DNA from: Octopus vulgaris
Taxonomy: Eukaryota
Direction: 5' to 3'
DNA length: 64,000 nt
Assembly (NCBI GenBank): GCA_951406725.2
Contig: OX597815.1
Coordinates: forward strand, 23,932,001 to 23,996,000
In this document: piece by piece, positions 1 to 11,839 of the stretch
Numbering within the stretch: position 1 is the first letter of the stretch
How the letters are laid out: every line of letters starts with the position of its first letter
Made by a program: the position numbers and the translations under genes
Notes under the pieces: model-generated
The model's input: the letters and a program-made list of their open reading frames with translations, nothing else
The model's database searches: none
What the model was told of the DNA's origin: nothing

Positions 1-385
1 ATCAACTTTGTTGTATGTTTATGTGCATATACATCTTAACTTTTCAACAATAATTTCAAGGATATATCCACAAATGGTACTTTTATCGACACAGCTATTA
101 TGTTACATATGATCCAATTGTCATTCCTCCTATCTCTCTTAAATGTTTATTGTGATGTAGTGATTTGTAAATGTGTTTAAAATTATGATTCTGTCATTGA
201 CTAATTACTGTTACCTTAATAACACTCAAAATTAACAGCATTTCCACACCAGTTTGTTTAATTAATTTTTTGATGTCATGTCAGAAAACAAGAACTTTTC
301 TTACACAATAAAAGAAGAGTGACATGCTATTTTTGATACTGTAAATAATTCCTTTGAGCTTGTGTGTATTGATGAGAATGGTGTA

Positions 386-762
386 GTGGAGGCGCAATGG
401 CCCAGTGGTTAGGGCAGCGGATTCGCGGTTTCGATTCCCAGACCGGGCGTTGTGAGTGTTTATTGAACGAAAACACCTAAAAAAGCTCCACGAGGCTCCA
501 GCAGGGGATGGTGGTGATCCCTGCTGTACTCTTTCACCACAACTTTCTCTCACTCTTACTTCCTGTTTCTGTTGTGCCTGTATTTCAAGGGGCCGGCCTT
601 GTCACTCTCTGTGTCACGCTGAATATCCCTGAGAACTACGTTAAGGGTGCACGTGTCTGTGGAGTGCTCAGCCACTTACACGTTAATTTCACGAGCAGGC
701 TGTTCCGTTGATTCGGATCAACCGGGACCCTCATCGTCGTAACCGACGGAGTGCTTCCATCC
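386..762 (+). mobile_element. Full-length tRNA-headed SINE (family A) with 18-bp TSD
   Basis: A-box-like tggcccagtggtt and B-box-like gtttcgattcc head; TSD attgatgagaatggtgta at 368-385 and 763-780. Confidence 0.9.
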
Positions 763-819
763 ATTGATGAGAATGGTGTATCACTGAGTTCCATAGTACT
801 GGCATGGAATTACTCTTTG

Positions 820-1024
820 TCATTTAAACCGATGATATCCAGGCCAAATATTCTACCTGTCTTACATTGAAACCAGCCACATCTGGCCTTTCAATAATGT
901 CAGTCTAAAAATAAACAATGACATCACTGAAATCTTGAACTTATTAGATAATGCATGATTAATTCAAAACAGTGTGAATAAATAAGCATTACATTTGACA
1001 GCAATCTGAATGCTGAATGATTAA
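820..1024. mobile_element. Degenerate copy of the piggyBac-like MITE seen at 15880 and 43262
   Basis: Colinear with 43262-43481 (ggccaaatatt...ataatgcatgattaattcaaaa...ataagcattacatttgacag); ends at ttaa. Confidence 0.65.
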
Positions 1025-1429
1025 CTTGAGATACATAGTAGAGGTGGTACAATGTAAGTTATGTATACTATAACTATCTAAATATGACTGGTCTAGAGAT
1101 TGGGATTATAACCTAAAATTTGATTATATTATGACAGAAAAGGTAAGCAACAAATATTCATTCATGTGAAATTGGACTATTTCACTTAGTTCTGTGGGAA
1201 ATTTTTTTGTGAACATAATTCATTGTTTTTATATTTCTTTTTTTTTTTTTATTATTATTTGAAAAGGGCTGAATGTGTCAAATAATATTGAGGATGGATA
1301 AAAACAATTATTGAACAAAATAAATAAATAAAATAGAAATAAACTGGATTAGTATTTGTACTGGGACTTTAGTATTCATGCTGATTGAGCTATTCAGATT
1401 AATAGAGCAGCTGAAAAATCATTTTCACA

Positions 1430-1897
1430 AAATGTGTTTGTTCATAGATACGTCAATTCCAGTTGACGGCAACACTTCTGTGAAAGTGCTTGGAAAGTTA
1501 AGTAGATACATGGAGACCTTGAAATAGAGATCTGAAAAATATAGCAAATGTGATTATCAGAGCTTTGGAGATAATAGCAAATGACAATGTGATCAAGTGA
1601 AGAGACCCCAAAGTATCAGAATTACAAAAAATTGTTCTCATGGACACTGTCTACATCATGAGAAAAACTCTGTCAACCTGAGAATATCTCAGTGTTTTAA
1701 ACTCTTTCAAAATTGAAAATATTACAAGCCACTTTTATTGAAAACTTAATTCTCTGTATTTGGTCTCCATTTTCAGCAATGTATCATTGCTACTCCATAA
1801 GTAACAGTCACAGTAAAATTTACACCTTGAGATATCTGGACGAGGTTTGGAACAGCTCATATGAAATAAAACAAAATAATAATAATAATAATAATAA
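1430..1897 (+). mobile_element. Degenerate 3' end of a Dong/R4-type (restriction-like endonuclease) LINE
   Basis: Remnants such as ELQKIVLMDTVYIMRKTLS resemble the 36357-36656 ORF end; ends in (AAT)n. Confidence 0.65.
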
Positions 1898-1930
1898 ACA
1901 CTTGTAGAAAAGATTTGTTGCAAATGTTTT

Positions 1931-2219
1931 ATCATCATCATCATCATCGTTTAGCGTCCGCTTTCCATGCTAGCATGGGTTGGACGGTTCAACTGGGGTC
2001 TGGGAAGCCAGAAGGCTGCACCAGGCCCCAGTCTGATCTGGCACTGTTTCTACGGCTGGATGCCCTTCCTAACGCCAACCACTCCGTGAGTGCAGTGGGT
2101 ACTTTTTATGTTCCACCGGCACAGGTGCCAGACTAGTCTGGCAAACGGCCATGATTGGATGGTGCTTTTTATGTGCCACCGGCACGGAGGCCAGGTGAGG
2201 CTGGCAACGGCCACGATCA
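1931..2219 (-). mobile_element. 3' UTR/tail of the RTE-clade LINE, (GAT)n tail
   Basis: Matches the 3' UTR of the RTE copy at 34712-35893 (gcgttaggaagggcatccagc...cccatgctagcatggaaagcggacg...gatgatgat). Confidence 0.85.
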
Positions 2220-2439
2220 GAATATAGAAGAATATTGATGTATCCTCTTGAAATATCAGGAGCAGCACATTAAAACAGAAATGTAACAAAGAACAACAAA
2301 AGTAATTGGTAAAGTTGAAGAAAATTACTAGATTGGTTAGAGTGAATTTAAAATAGTTGTTGCATACAAGGCAGAGTAAGCAACAAATTGATTTGAAATG
2401 GAATACATTTAATTCTAATTTTTATTTTTTAATGAGTGC

Positions 2440-2915
2440 CATACGACTGTGATCGTTGACAGAGCAGCTATTCAAGTATGATCATTACCAGTGTCGCCTT
2501 ACTGGCACTTATGCCTGTGCTAGTAGGGTGCCAAGAGCACCATCCGAGCGTGATCGTTGCCAGAGCAGCCAACTAGCTTCTGTACCCATGGCACGTAAAA
2601 GGGAACCATTTGGGAATGATCGTTACCAACATTGCTTCACTGGCACCTGTGCCGGTGACACGTGTAAAAAGATTTGAGCGAGGTCATTGCCAGTGCCGCC
2701 TGACTGGCCCCCGTGCCGGTAGCATGTAAAAAGCACCCACTACACTCTCGGAGTGGTTGGCGTTAGGAAGGACATCTAGCTGTAGAAACTCTGCCAGATC
2801 AAGATTTAGGAGCCTGGTGCAGCCATCTGGCTTGCCAGCCCTCAATCAAAATCAGCCAACCCATGCTAGCATGGAAAGCGGACGTTAAAACGATAATGAT
2901 GATGATGATGATGAT
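2440..2915 (+). mobile_element. 5'-truncated RTE LINE 3' UTR, (GAT)n tail
   Basis: Colinear with about 35400-35893. Confidence 0.85.
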
Positions 2916-3474
2916 ATGGATTCATACTATAAATTAGAGATTCATGTATTCATATCTTTAAGTAAATACCTTTTTGTGTGAGTCAAGATTAGATCTAGTT
3001 GTATTCATTTTAAGAAGAGTAAGTGGTGTTACAGTGAAAGGAAAGCATATTACAAATGAGAGGTTTCCTTTAAAGTGCTAAATATCTTTTCTTTCAAAGT
3101 TTAAGCTTCAATTTTGTTATTCCTACTTCATTCATTTGTAATTATTTACTTGTTGATTGTCCTAACTGCACGTCTGCCGTATACAGGAAGCATATTCTAC
3201 TGTAGTAATAAAAACTTAAAGAATTTCATTTTACTAAGTAGAATATAACATCTAATATATAAGTAGAGTTAATAGTAAGGCTATGGACTAACATAATAGC
3301 ACTATCTGCTACCCATACTGTAATTTCTGTCAATAATTTTTTAGCTTATTGTCCAGTATCTAAACACTTCAACCATTGTGCTTGATGATGATATGAAGAT
3401 GGTAATGATTTCTTTTCTTGAGGTTACTTTTTTCTGGCTTTTAGAGTTGGTACTGTAATATTGAATTTTGATAT

Positions 3475-3720
3475 ACCTGGCACTCCATCAGCTATGGTAA
3501 AGAGAGTTCCAGTTGGTCTGAGCACTCCACAGACATGTGCCCCCTCAGGGAGATTCGGTGTGACAAGGCTGGCCCTTTGAAATATCACTCATTTTTGCCA
3601 GCAGAATGGACTGAAGCATCATGAAGTAAAATGTCTTGCCCAGTGTGCCACCAGGCATCGAAGTCTTGACCTTGTGATTGTGAACTGAATACCCTAACCA
3701 CTAAGCCACATGTCTTCACA
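3475..3720 (-). mobile_element. Degenerate tRNA-headed SINE related to family A
   Basis: ccctaaccactaagccacatg head and gcactccatcagct tail on the minus strand. Confidence 0.55.
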
Positions 3721-4599
3721 CTGAATTTTTAAGATAACTCCATGGGAAATAGTATTACAAATGCAGGGTTGAATTGTTTTTCTTTCTCTTGCAGCAATTG
3801 GGCTGTGAGTTGGTATACTGCCACATCTTGTACTACAGCCAAAGCTCTGATCACTGAGATACAGAAAGTATAGCTTCATAGTAAACATCTGATATCTTAC
3901 TTTATCATGCAATCCTCAAATTAAGGAAATGAGTTTAGCATCCACACATTCCTTTTTTAGCTCATAGTATCGGTCCTCATTTTGTGCCTCTCTCTCTCTC
4001 TCTCTCTCTCTGACAAAACTGTCTTGATTCATGCTGTTTTCATCTGTTTTATCACTCTATGAATACATTAGCTTTTGCTATGTAATTGCGTTCTATTAAT
4101 CCTACATGCCTCAAACATCTTCAGAAGATGATAAAATCCATAATCTGAAGAAACTGAAGGCCTGTATTGGTAACGATGGCAATGTAATCCAGTCTCATTA
4201 AGTTTAATTTCTGTTATCAGAAATGGGGACATTTTTATTTCTCACAGCAGCTAGACTTATTAAAGAAACTTCTAGCATCTTGAGTAAAACTTCTTAACAT
4301 GTAGGTCCTATTTATTACAGTTTCCTCACATGATTAGAAAGTTTTCCTCTCAAATTTGCATGTGTGTACATGTGCATGCTTTTGATTATGATGGTAGCAC
4401 GTTATATTTGTTGTTAATTTGTTCATTGTACATAATGAATATTTTTCATTTTAAAGAATCTATATTATTCACTATTTCTTTAAATAATTTTTTTAGAATA
4501 TTTAAAAATTTTTCTTAGTTATTTTTTAATTCAAAACATTTTATTAAATTCTGTTTTTTGAACTGTATGTAGGCTTATATTTGTGTGTGTGTGTGTGTG

Positions 4600-4870
4600 T
4601 GAAGATGCATGACTTACTGGTTAGGATATTGCACTCATGATTGTTAGATTGTGGGTTCGATTCCTGAACCGAGCGGCATGCTGTACTCTTGAGCAAAACA
4701 CTTCATTTCATGTTCCTCCAGTCCACTAACCCTGTGATGTGTTAGCCTTCTAATCAGAGGGAATGTTGGTCTGCTTGCCTAGCCAGTGGGGTGGCATCAT
4801 TCAAAAGCTAAAACAATGCAAAAGCGCATTGTGACCAGTGATAACATCCAATAGTCTGGGCAACCATGAT
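4600..4870 (+). mobile_element. Degenerate tRNA-headed SINE
   Basis: B box ggttcgattcc followed by CORE-like cttgagcaaaacactt. Confidence 0.55.
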
Positions 4871-5809
4871 CACGTTATACACACAAGTGTATGGTTATAT
4901 GCAAATGTGTTTGTGTGAGTGCAGATATCTGCATATATATGTGTCATTTCTAAATTGTCTGCTTTCACCCAGCTTTTCTTTGCTAAATTTTTAAATACAT
5001 CAATGCAGCAAGAATCTGTTTTCAATAAAAAAAGTAATGTAAGAAGATATTTCAAACTTCTTGTGTGTTACAAACACACACAAACATATATAGTAATGTC
5101 TCTACATTAAAAAACCAACCTTCATAGCAAAAGATGAGAAGAATGAATAGGAAGAATGGTAATAATGTAACGTAAATTTATAGAAGAATTGAACCTAAAG
5201 ATTAACTGTGACCCATATCAAGAAGTTAAACAATTGCTATGTAAGAGATCTAAAACCTCCACTGAGACCTATAAAAACTCTCCAGACGCTATTTTACAAC
5301 AATTGCAGTAGAATTGTGTCAATGACCAGGTCACAGATGTGTGACAAACATTTTGACACCTCACAGAATAAATAAAAGTGAATGAAAATGACGTAGATAG
5401 TTTAAAGAAGAAATTATGGTTGTCATCATCATCATCATCTCTGAGCAGCTCTGTAAAAATTGATGTTCTGTGAGCTTATGTCATGTTCAGTAAGTTTCTC
5501 TGATAAGATTTGGAATTTTTATTATTAAATTAAGACTTTTTTTGAAAGAGAGTTTTAAAAGCTGTCTCTCCTCATTAGGGTTGGCACAGATTCTTTTTCC
5601 TGTCCTCTGCAGTCAGCAGACAAACATTTTTTATTAAAAATGTCAAGCATTTGACATTTGAAAAGGAAGAAACAGTGGAAGACAGCTATGACTGTCATGG
5701 TAGTGTTAACATTCACCCTTTTGTTACTCTGTTTCTGTTGAAATACATCTTTGATCCGACAGAAAATAATGAAGGATCTGGATCATAAATTAATGAAATT
5801 TTGACCGAG

Positions 5810-6343
5810 GGCACAGGAGTGGCTGTGTGGTAAGTAGCTTGCTAACCAACCACATGGTTCCGGGTTCAGTCCCACTGCGTGACACCTTGGGCAAGTGTCT
5901 TCTGCTATAGCCCCGGGCCGACCAATGCCTTGTGAGTGGATTTAGTAGACAGAAACTGAAAGAAGCCTGTCGTATATATGTATATCATCATCATCATCAT
6001 CGTTTAACGTCCGTTCTCCATGCTGGCATGGGTTGGACGGTTCGACCGGGGATCTGGGAAGGCAGAAGGCTGCACCAGGCTCCGGTCTTATCTGGCAATG
6101 TTTCTACAGCTGGATGCCCTTCCTAACGCCAACCGTGTGTTTGTGTTTGTACCCCTAGCATTGCTTGACAACCGATGCTGGTGTGTTTACGTCCCTGTCA
6201 GTTAGCGGTTCGGCAAAAGAGACCGATAGAATAAGTACTGGGCTTACAAAGAATAAGTCCCGGGGTCGATTTGCTCGACTAAAGGTGGTGCTCCAGCATG
6301 GCCGCAGTCAAATGACTGAAACAAGTAAAAGAGTAAAAGAGTA
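5810..6343 (+). mobile_element. CORE-type tRNA SINE (family B) with an RTE tail (5984-6133, minus) nested in its microsatellite spacer
   Basis: Head ggcacaggagtggctgtgtggtaag, CORE-like accttgggcaagtgtc, tail (gtaaaaga)n; the inserted piece carries the RTE 3' end. Confidence 0.9.
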
Positions 6344-6499
6344 AGAGAGGGTTTTAATGTAGTTGAGAAACATAACAATTACTGTGTAGTTGTTATTTCT
6401 GATAGTCCTGTATCTACTGTGGTGCAATTTGGCTGTGTTGCAACATTTTATTTTCAGTGCAGTACTAGTGTTGGCAACAACAAAAACAAGAAAAATAAT

Positions 6500-7090
6500 G
6501 CAGTGTGAGACAAAGATATTAACATTGACAAGACCAGTAACAAAAAGGTTGAGAGTGTCAGTGAAAAGTTGAATGAGAAAGTAACCCTAGCATCAACAAC
6601 AAGAAAAATCCCAGCACCATTAACAGCAAATGAAAGAGGAATAATGGGGTATGAACAGCAATAATGAAAACAACTGTTACACCAGGCATGGAGGGGGGTC
6701 ATGTCAGTCTAGTCTCTTTCAGTCGCCAAAAAGATACACTACTTATATCAAGAAAACGTCACCCCTTACTCACCTTAGATATAAGCAGCACTCAACAAGA
6801 GCTCTTGTGGGCCCTCCAAATGTTAAATGTCTCTATCATTGAGGGTCTCTCTTGGTGAAAAGTGCATCTTTAACTGAAGTAACACTGCATCCCAAAGATT
6901 GGCTCTTCTTTGCAGGGCCCAACATTTGCTGACATCCAACAATGCTTAAGTGAGGCTCACAACAGAGTACTCATCACACATTTGGGATGGTGCTAATACT
7001 GCATCTCTAGATAGCATCTAGAGAAAGACCATTCAATTGATTGCCTGGAAATCAGAGACACACTCTGGCCTTTAGCCCTACAGATATAGC
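6500..7090 (+). mobile_element. Degenerate LINE ORF2 remnant
   Basis: Reads ASQRLALLCRAQHLL...EYSSHIWDGANTASLDSI*RKTIQLI, a post-RT region of APE-type LINEs; stops and frameshifts present. Confidence 0.55.
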
Positions 7091-7334
7091 AAGTAATAGA
7101 AAATACCTTCACACTCTCTATCAGTATTAGAGTCCTACAAAAAATACAGTGTCACAAGCGCTTGGACTGAATACTTCATTCAGTCTTGGGACTGGTGAAG
7201 CTTTGTGTCTTAGAATGGTAGTATTTCTGGAACACAATTTGAATCATTCATTAAGAATCAGTTACCTACTAATGCATAAAAAGAATGATAATGATGAGAA
7301 AACCTTTCTCCTGCACAGGCTGGAAAGTAATTAA

Positions 7335-7580
7335 TATCATCATCATCATCATATAATGTCTTCTTTCCATGCTAGCATGGTTAGATGGTTTGACTGGAAC
7401 TGATAAACTGGACAGCTGCATCAAGTTCCAGTTTGGTTTGGTATGGTTTCTATGGCTGGATGCCTTTCCTAACACCAACCTCTCCATGAGTATAATAGAT
7501 ACTTTTAACGTGTCATCAGCATGGGTGCTTTTATGTGTCACCAGCAGTGGTGCCAGTCACATGGCACTGACATTGGCTAT
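7335..7580 (-). mobile_element. Diverged RTE 3' tail
   Basis: (CAT)n, ccatgctagcatgg and ggctggatgcctttcctaacaccaacc on the plus strand. Confidence 0.75.
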
Positions 7581-8507
7581 GACTAAGATTTACCCTTCTG
7601 TGAGACTATGTATTTGCATTTGGTACCTCAGGAGAAAAAATGGTATGGATTAGTACGAGCTTAGTTCTGAAGTGAGAAAAGAGTAAAAAATAAAAATAAA
7701 AGTACTCCACAAACCTTTGTATCTTAAAGGAATTTAATCTGTTTCCTACTTAGATGAGTTATTTGCTCTACTAAAATGACTACATAATGTGCCTCTGTAT
7801 TTGGATCAGTGGACTTAGATGACAGTGATAAAATACATACAGAAAAGTATTAATATAGAGTATCAGTCTATATTATCATGATAAATGTCTGGGAGATTTA
7901 GGTGTTAATCACATTGAAAACCTTTTAAATTTTGAGACTGGTTCCATATTGAAAGGATGCAAAGCATGGATTTAGTAATAGTGGATAAAAAGCCTCAGTG
8001 TTTCATAGTGCACTAACCAACTCAAGCCTCAAAACAATCAAAATACCTCTTGTTACTGATTCCACTGACCCAGTAGCAAAATTGATAATGAAATATCATC
8101 AAAATAGTTATCAGTCAGTTTGTAATGTTTTGGGGACTCTGATGTTTTTGTTCATAATTAAGTTTTATTATATTATTTTTAAAAGTGTTTGTTCTTTTTT
8201 GGATGTTTTATTTTTACTGTTATAGTGATGAATTAGTTTTTGTAAAAAATTTGAACTCACTACAAATACACATTTAAATTAAATAGGTTGGATGTTTCTC
8301 CACTTTGCAGTATTTTATTAATTGTTCAAATATGTCTAGATATCTTTTCCTTTTCAGTAGTGAAGTTTTAGACTGAGACAATTTGGCACTACATCTTGCT
8401 AGCACAGTCCATATATTTGAATTTGACTCAAAACATGAACAATTTGATAATTCAGTCAATATATTATTTCATTACATAATAATATGGTTTTCTTATGTAT
8501 TTTTCAG

Positions 8508-8601
8508 ATTTGCTCTATTTGCAAAGAACGAGGTGCAATGGTTGGCTGTCTTCATAAAGGTTGCACTCAGAAATACCATTATATATGTGCTGCAGAAAAG
8601 G
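8508..8601 (+). CDS. Internal coding exon (94 nt) of a RAI1/TCF20-family gene; extended PHD finger ([31 protein letters not shown]+G)
   Basis: Polypyrimidine tract and ttttcag acceptor at 8501-8507; G|gtaggt donor at 8602. Shows the Cx2C, Cx4C and Hx2C zinc ligands of an ePHD and resembles the RAI1 segment [27 protein letters not shown] as I recall it. Phase matches the next exon. Upstream exons were not found in the window. Confidence 0.9.
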
Positions 8602-8655
8602 GTAGGTTTATTATTTTCACAGCAATATTACAATAATTAACAAAATTTTTGTATT

Positions 8656-9041
8656 TACTCTTTTACTCTTTTACTTGTTTCAGTCATTTGACTGCGGCCA
8701 TGCTGGAGCACCACCTTTAGTCGAGCAAGTCGACCCCAGGACTTATTCTTTGTAAGCCCAGTACTTATTCTATCGGTCTCTTTTGCCGAACCGCTAAGTG
8801 ACGGGGACGTAAACACACCAGCATCGGTTGTCAAGCAATGCTAGGGGGACAAACACACATATATATATATATACACATATACGACAGGCTTCTTTCAGTT
8901 TCCGTCTACCAAATTCACTCACAAGGCATTGGTCAGCCCGGGGCTATAGCAGAAGACACTTGCCCAAGATGCCATGCAGTGGGACTGAACCCGGAACCAT
9001 GTGGCTGGTTAGCAAGCTACTTACCACATAGCCACTCCTGC
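8656..9041 (-). mobile_element. Full-length CORE-type SINE (family B)
   Basis: Reverse complement of 5810-6343 without the insert. Confidence 0.9.
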
Positions 9042-9419
9042 ATATATTTACCTTGAATCAGTATCAGTGAATTGCACCACAGTAAATGTATATAAATGTA
9101 TTTTGTTCCAACTGACTTCTTTGCTAGCAGCTTGAGTTTCATACTCTCATGATCTTCACGTGAGAAGATTGGTCTGAAACTTAAGTCCTGGAAAAAAGAG
9201 AATTAAGTTTATATAAATCAAGTGGTTGTGGTATGAACTTCTCAACCACACAAGCATAATTGCTCTGTTATATGCATATATAACATATGCATATACATGT
9301 GGTTCCTTGTTGGATTCCAATGTATGAGACTTTGAGCAAATTTTCTTGTACTATAGCTTGGGTTGATCAGCAAATGGAATTTGACAGGTGGAAATCACAC
9401 ACGCACACACATATATATA

Positions 9420-9590
9420 TAGGAGAATTCACGAAAAAAAACACAAGACGAAGACAGGTGGTGTAGAAAACAAACAGATGTATTAGTATAACGCTCAGGA
9501 ATTGAAAAAGTCTTTTACGTTTCAAGCCTACACTCTTCCACAGAAACAAGGAGAGAGAAAAAAATGTGTGTAGTGGCTACCGATCTATCA
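9420..9590 (-). mobile_element. Short repeat carrying a hammerhead-like motif (probable Penelope-type pLTR fragment)
   Basis: Near-identical to 56855-57010; minus strand reads UUU-CUGUGGA-A-GAGU-GUAG-GCUU-GAAACGUA-AAAG. Confidence 0.6.
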
Positions 9591-10064
9591 TTGTGTGTGT
9601 GTGTATATATAAAATGTACAATATATAGATTTAACTAATCTGGTGGTTGTCATAAAAAAAACTCTTCTAATGGATCAGGTTACAATACACATAGTAAACC
9701 AAAACAAAGAAAATGGGTATAAGGTATAGTCCTGTGTAGTTGAAATCCGATAAATCCATTTGGTAATGATTTTCATTAAGAGTGTATAAAATATAAAGAG
9801 CAGAGAATGGAGTTGTGTTATTTAACAGAAATTGTATAAAATCTAGTTATTCTACACTCTCTTAAGTGTAGAAAATTCATTTGCTCTAATTAGAAAAGTC
9901 ATAATAGAAATTGAAGAGAATGAGATAACTGCAATTTGGGAAATGATGAGTTGTATCCCTTGACCAGCTATTGTATGAATAACAGCATTGTTTTACCTTG
10001 CTTACTAAAGGGAAAAATATCATAGAACTGTGACTTACATCAGCTTAATAAAAAACTCGTTTAA

Positions 10065-10284
10065 CCCTTTTGTTACCAACCCGGCTGAAACTGGCTCTGG
10101 TTCTGAGTACAAATATCTTGTTTTCATAAGTTTTGAATTGAAATCTTCCACCAAATCTTAGTCACAATTTATGTTCCTAACACTAGCTGAATGATAACTA
10201 AGTTATTTTACTAAATTCTTTGTTATATTTAAAGTAATTGAAAGAAACACGGAGCATCTCAAAATAAATACAGTGATGAAAGGG
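10065..10284. mobile_element. piggyBac-like MITE
   Basis: TTAA|CCCTTT...AAAGGG|TTAA termini. Confidence 0.75.
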
Positions 10285-10384
10285 TTAAGAATCAAGCATA
10301 GCAACACCTGAGTTCTTGAGACTCAAAAGCTGGAGTGTCTTTGATCAAAAATCTGCTTCATCAGAACTGTCCATGGGCTAAACA

Positions 10385-10615
10385 ACATTGTGTGTGTGTG
10401 TCTGTGTTTGTTCCCTTCCACCACCACTTGACAACCAGTGCTGGTGTGTTTACATCCCTGTAATTTAACGGTTCAGCAAAAGAGACCAATAGAATAAGTA
10501 CTAGGCTTTTTTTAAAAAAAAAAGGTCCTGCTGATTTGTTCCCACTAAGAACCTTCAAGGCTGTGCCCCAGCATGGCTGCAGTCAAATGGCTGACACAAG
10601 TAAAAGATAAAAGAT
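10385..10615 (+). mobile_element. 3' half of a CORE-type SINE (family B), diverged
   Basis: cttgacaaccagtgctggtgtgtttac...cagtcaaatggctgacacaagtaaaaga. Confidence 0.75.
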
Positions 10616-10720
10616 ACTATATAAGAGTTTAAAGAAGTTTTAGGCTTTTAAAAAGTTGTCAATTAATGTTTTCTTTAACAATAATATTCAAGGAAATGTT
10701 CATATGTACTAGGCACTAAA

Positions 10721-10935
10721 GGTGGTGAGCTGGCAGAATCGTTAGCATGCCGGGCGAAATGCATAGCCATATTTCGTCTGCCGTTACATTCTGAGTTCAA
10801 ATTCTGCCGAGGTTGACTTTGCCTTTCATCCTTTTGGGGTCGATAAATTAAGTACCAGTTATGCACTGGGGTCGATGTAACTGACTTAATCCGTTTGTCC
10901 CCTCTATGTTTAGCCCCTTGTGGGTAATAAAGAAA
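10721..10935 (+). mobile_element. tRNA-headed SINE (family C, Meta-domain-like)
   Basis: gagctggcagaatcgttagc A box, gagttcaaattc B box, gactttgcctttcatcc...gtcgataaattaagtacc central domain, aataaagaaa tail. Confidence 0.88.
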
Positions 10936-11112
10936 CATATCTACTGGGCACTAACTTTCACAACAGTACACGACCCTCCCCCCCTATTTTTAATCTCAGA
11001 CAACTCTGTTGGCCTTATTTTGTTTGAATTCCACGGTCTTTCGATTTGCTTGTGTTAAAACCTGTGAATGTATTTAACACCCGTTTGTTTATAATTTCTT
11101 ATCTTCTTTCAG

Positions 11113-11162
11113 GTTGTTATCTTGATGAAGAAAACTTCTCTTTGCTTTGTCCAAAACACAAG
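11113..11162 (+). CDS. Coding exon (50 nt) of the RAI1/TCF20-family gene ([17 protein letters not shown])
   Basis: tcttctttcag acceptor and AAG|gtatgc donor. The phase-1 junction completes Gly. EENFSL-CPKHK matches the RAI1/TCF20 ePHD C-terminus (final Cx2H ligand pair). Confidence 0.92.
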
Positions 11163-11839
11163 GTATGCAAATTATATAATAGGATTTATTAATGCTTTTT
11201 TTTTAAAACCCATTTGGAATGTACCAACTACTGATAAAATACACTAGAGCTTTCCTTATTATTGGTACTAATCTAGAACTTATAAAGTTGTTTGCTTCAG
11301 TATTTAATTGTTAACTAGTGGTATTTGTTTTATGTGAGTGCATGTTTGGAGTGTTGATTATATTTATTTTGTTGTTGGTTTATTGTTTAATGAAGTTTTT
11401 GATTTTACTAACTAAATAAATTAGAAATAGTACTGAAAATTTACTCAGTGCATTTTACTATTTCATTTATCTTTTACTCTTCTGTAATCAATAAAATATA
11501 GTATTATATGGAGTTCAAGCCAAATGACTATATCTAATTCTCTATAACTTATAAGATAAAATAGATCTATAAAATTACAAATTATAAACGGTTTATTAAA
11601 ATATTGAGTAAGCATTTCTGGAACTGCGACAGTTAAGATTTGTACTTAGAGGTGACCTGGCAAGTTAATCTTTTAAAATATTTGAAATGCATTTAGAGGA
11701 ACAAGCAATTATATTTACTGAATATTTTACAATCATGATTTAGCTGCTGTTGCAACTCTTTCTATTCTTTTTCTTTTTTTTTTCCTTTTCTTCTAGCATC
11801 ACTATATAAGCAATGTTTATGCATCTTCTGCTTCCAATC

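Noticed and set aside
386-460. tRNA genes at SINE heads (also 41963, 45060, 50394, 51250)
   Set aside because: The A/B-box heads run into SINE bodies with TSDs, and I could not see a closing acceptor stem.
1080-1150. AG|gtaagc donor at about 1143 as an upstream exon of the gene
   Set aside because: The preceding sequence does not encode the expected first half of the ePHD (W.H..C..W..GV), so that exon is probably upstream of the window.
8383-8640. 85-aa ORF over the ePHD exon
   Set aside because: It is in a different frame from the Cys/His-rich spliced frame and crosses both splice sites.
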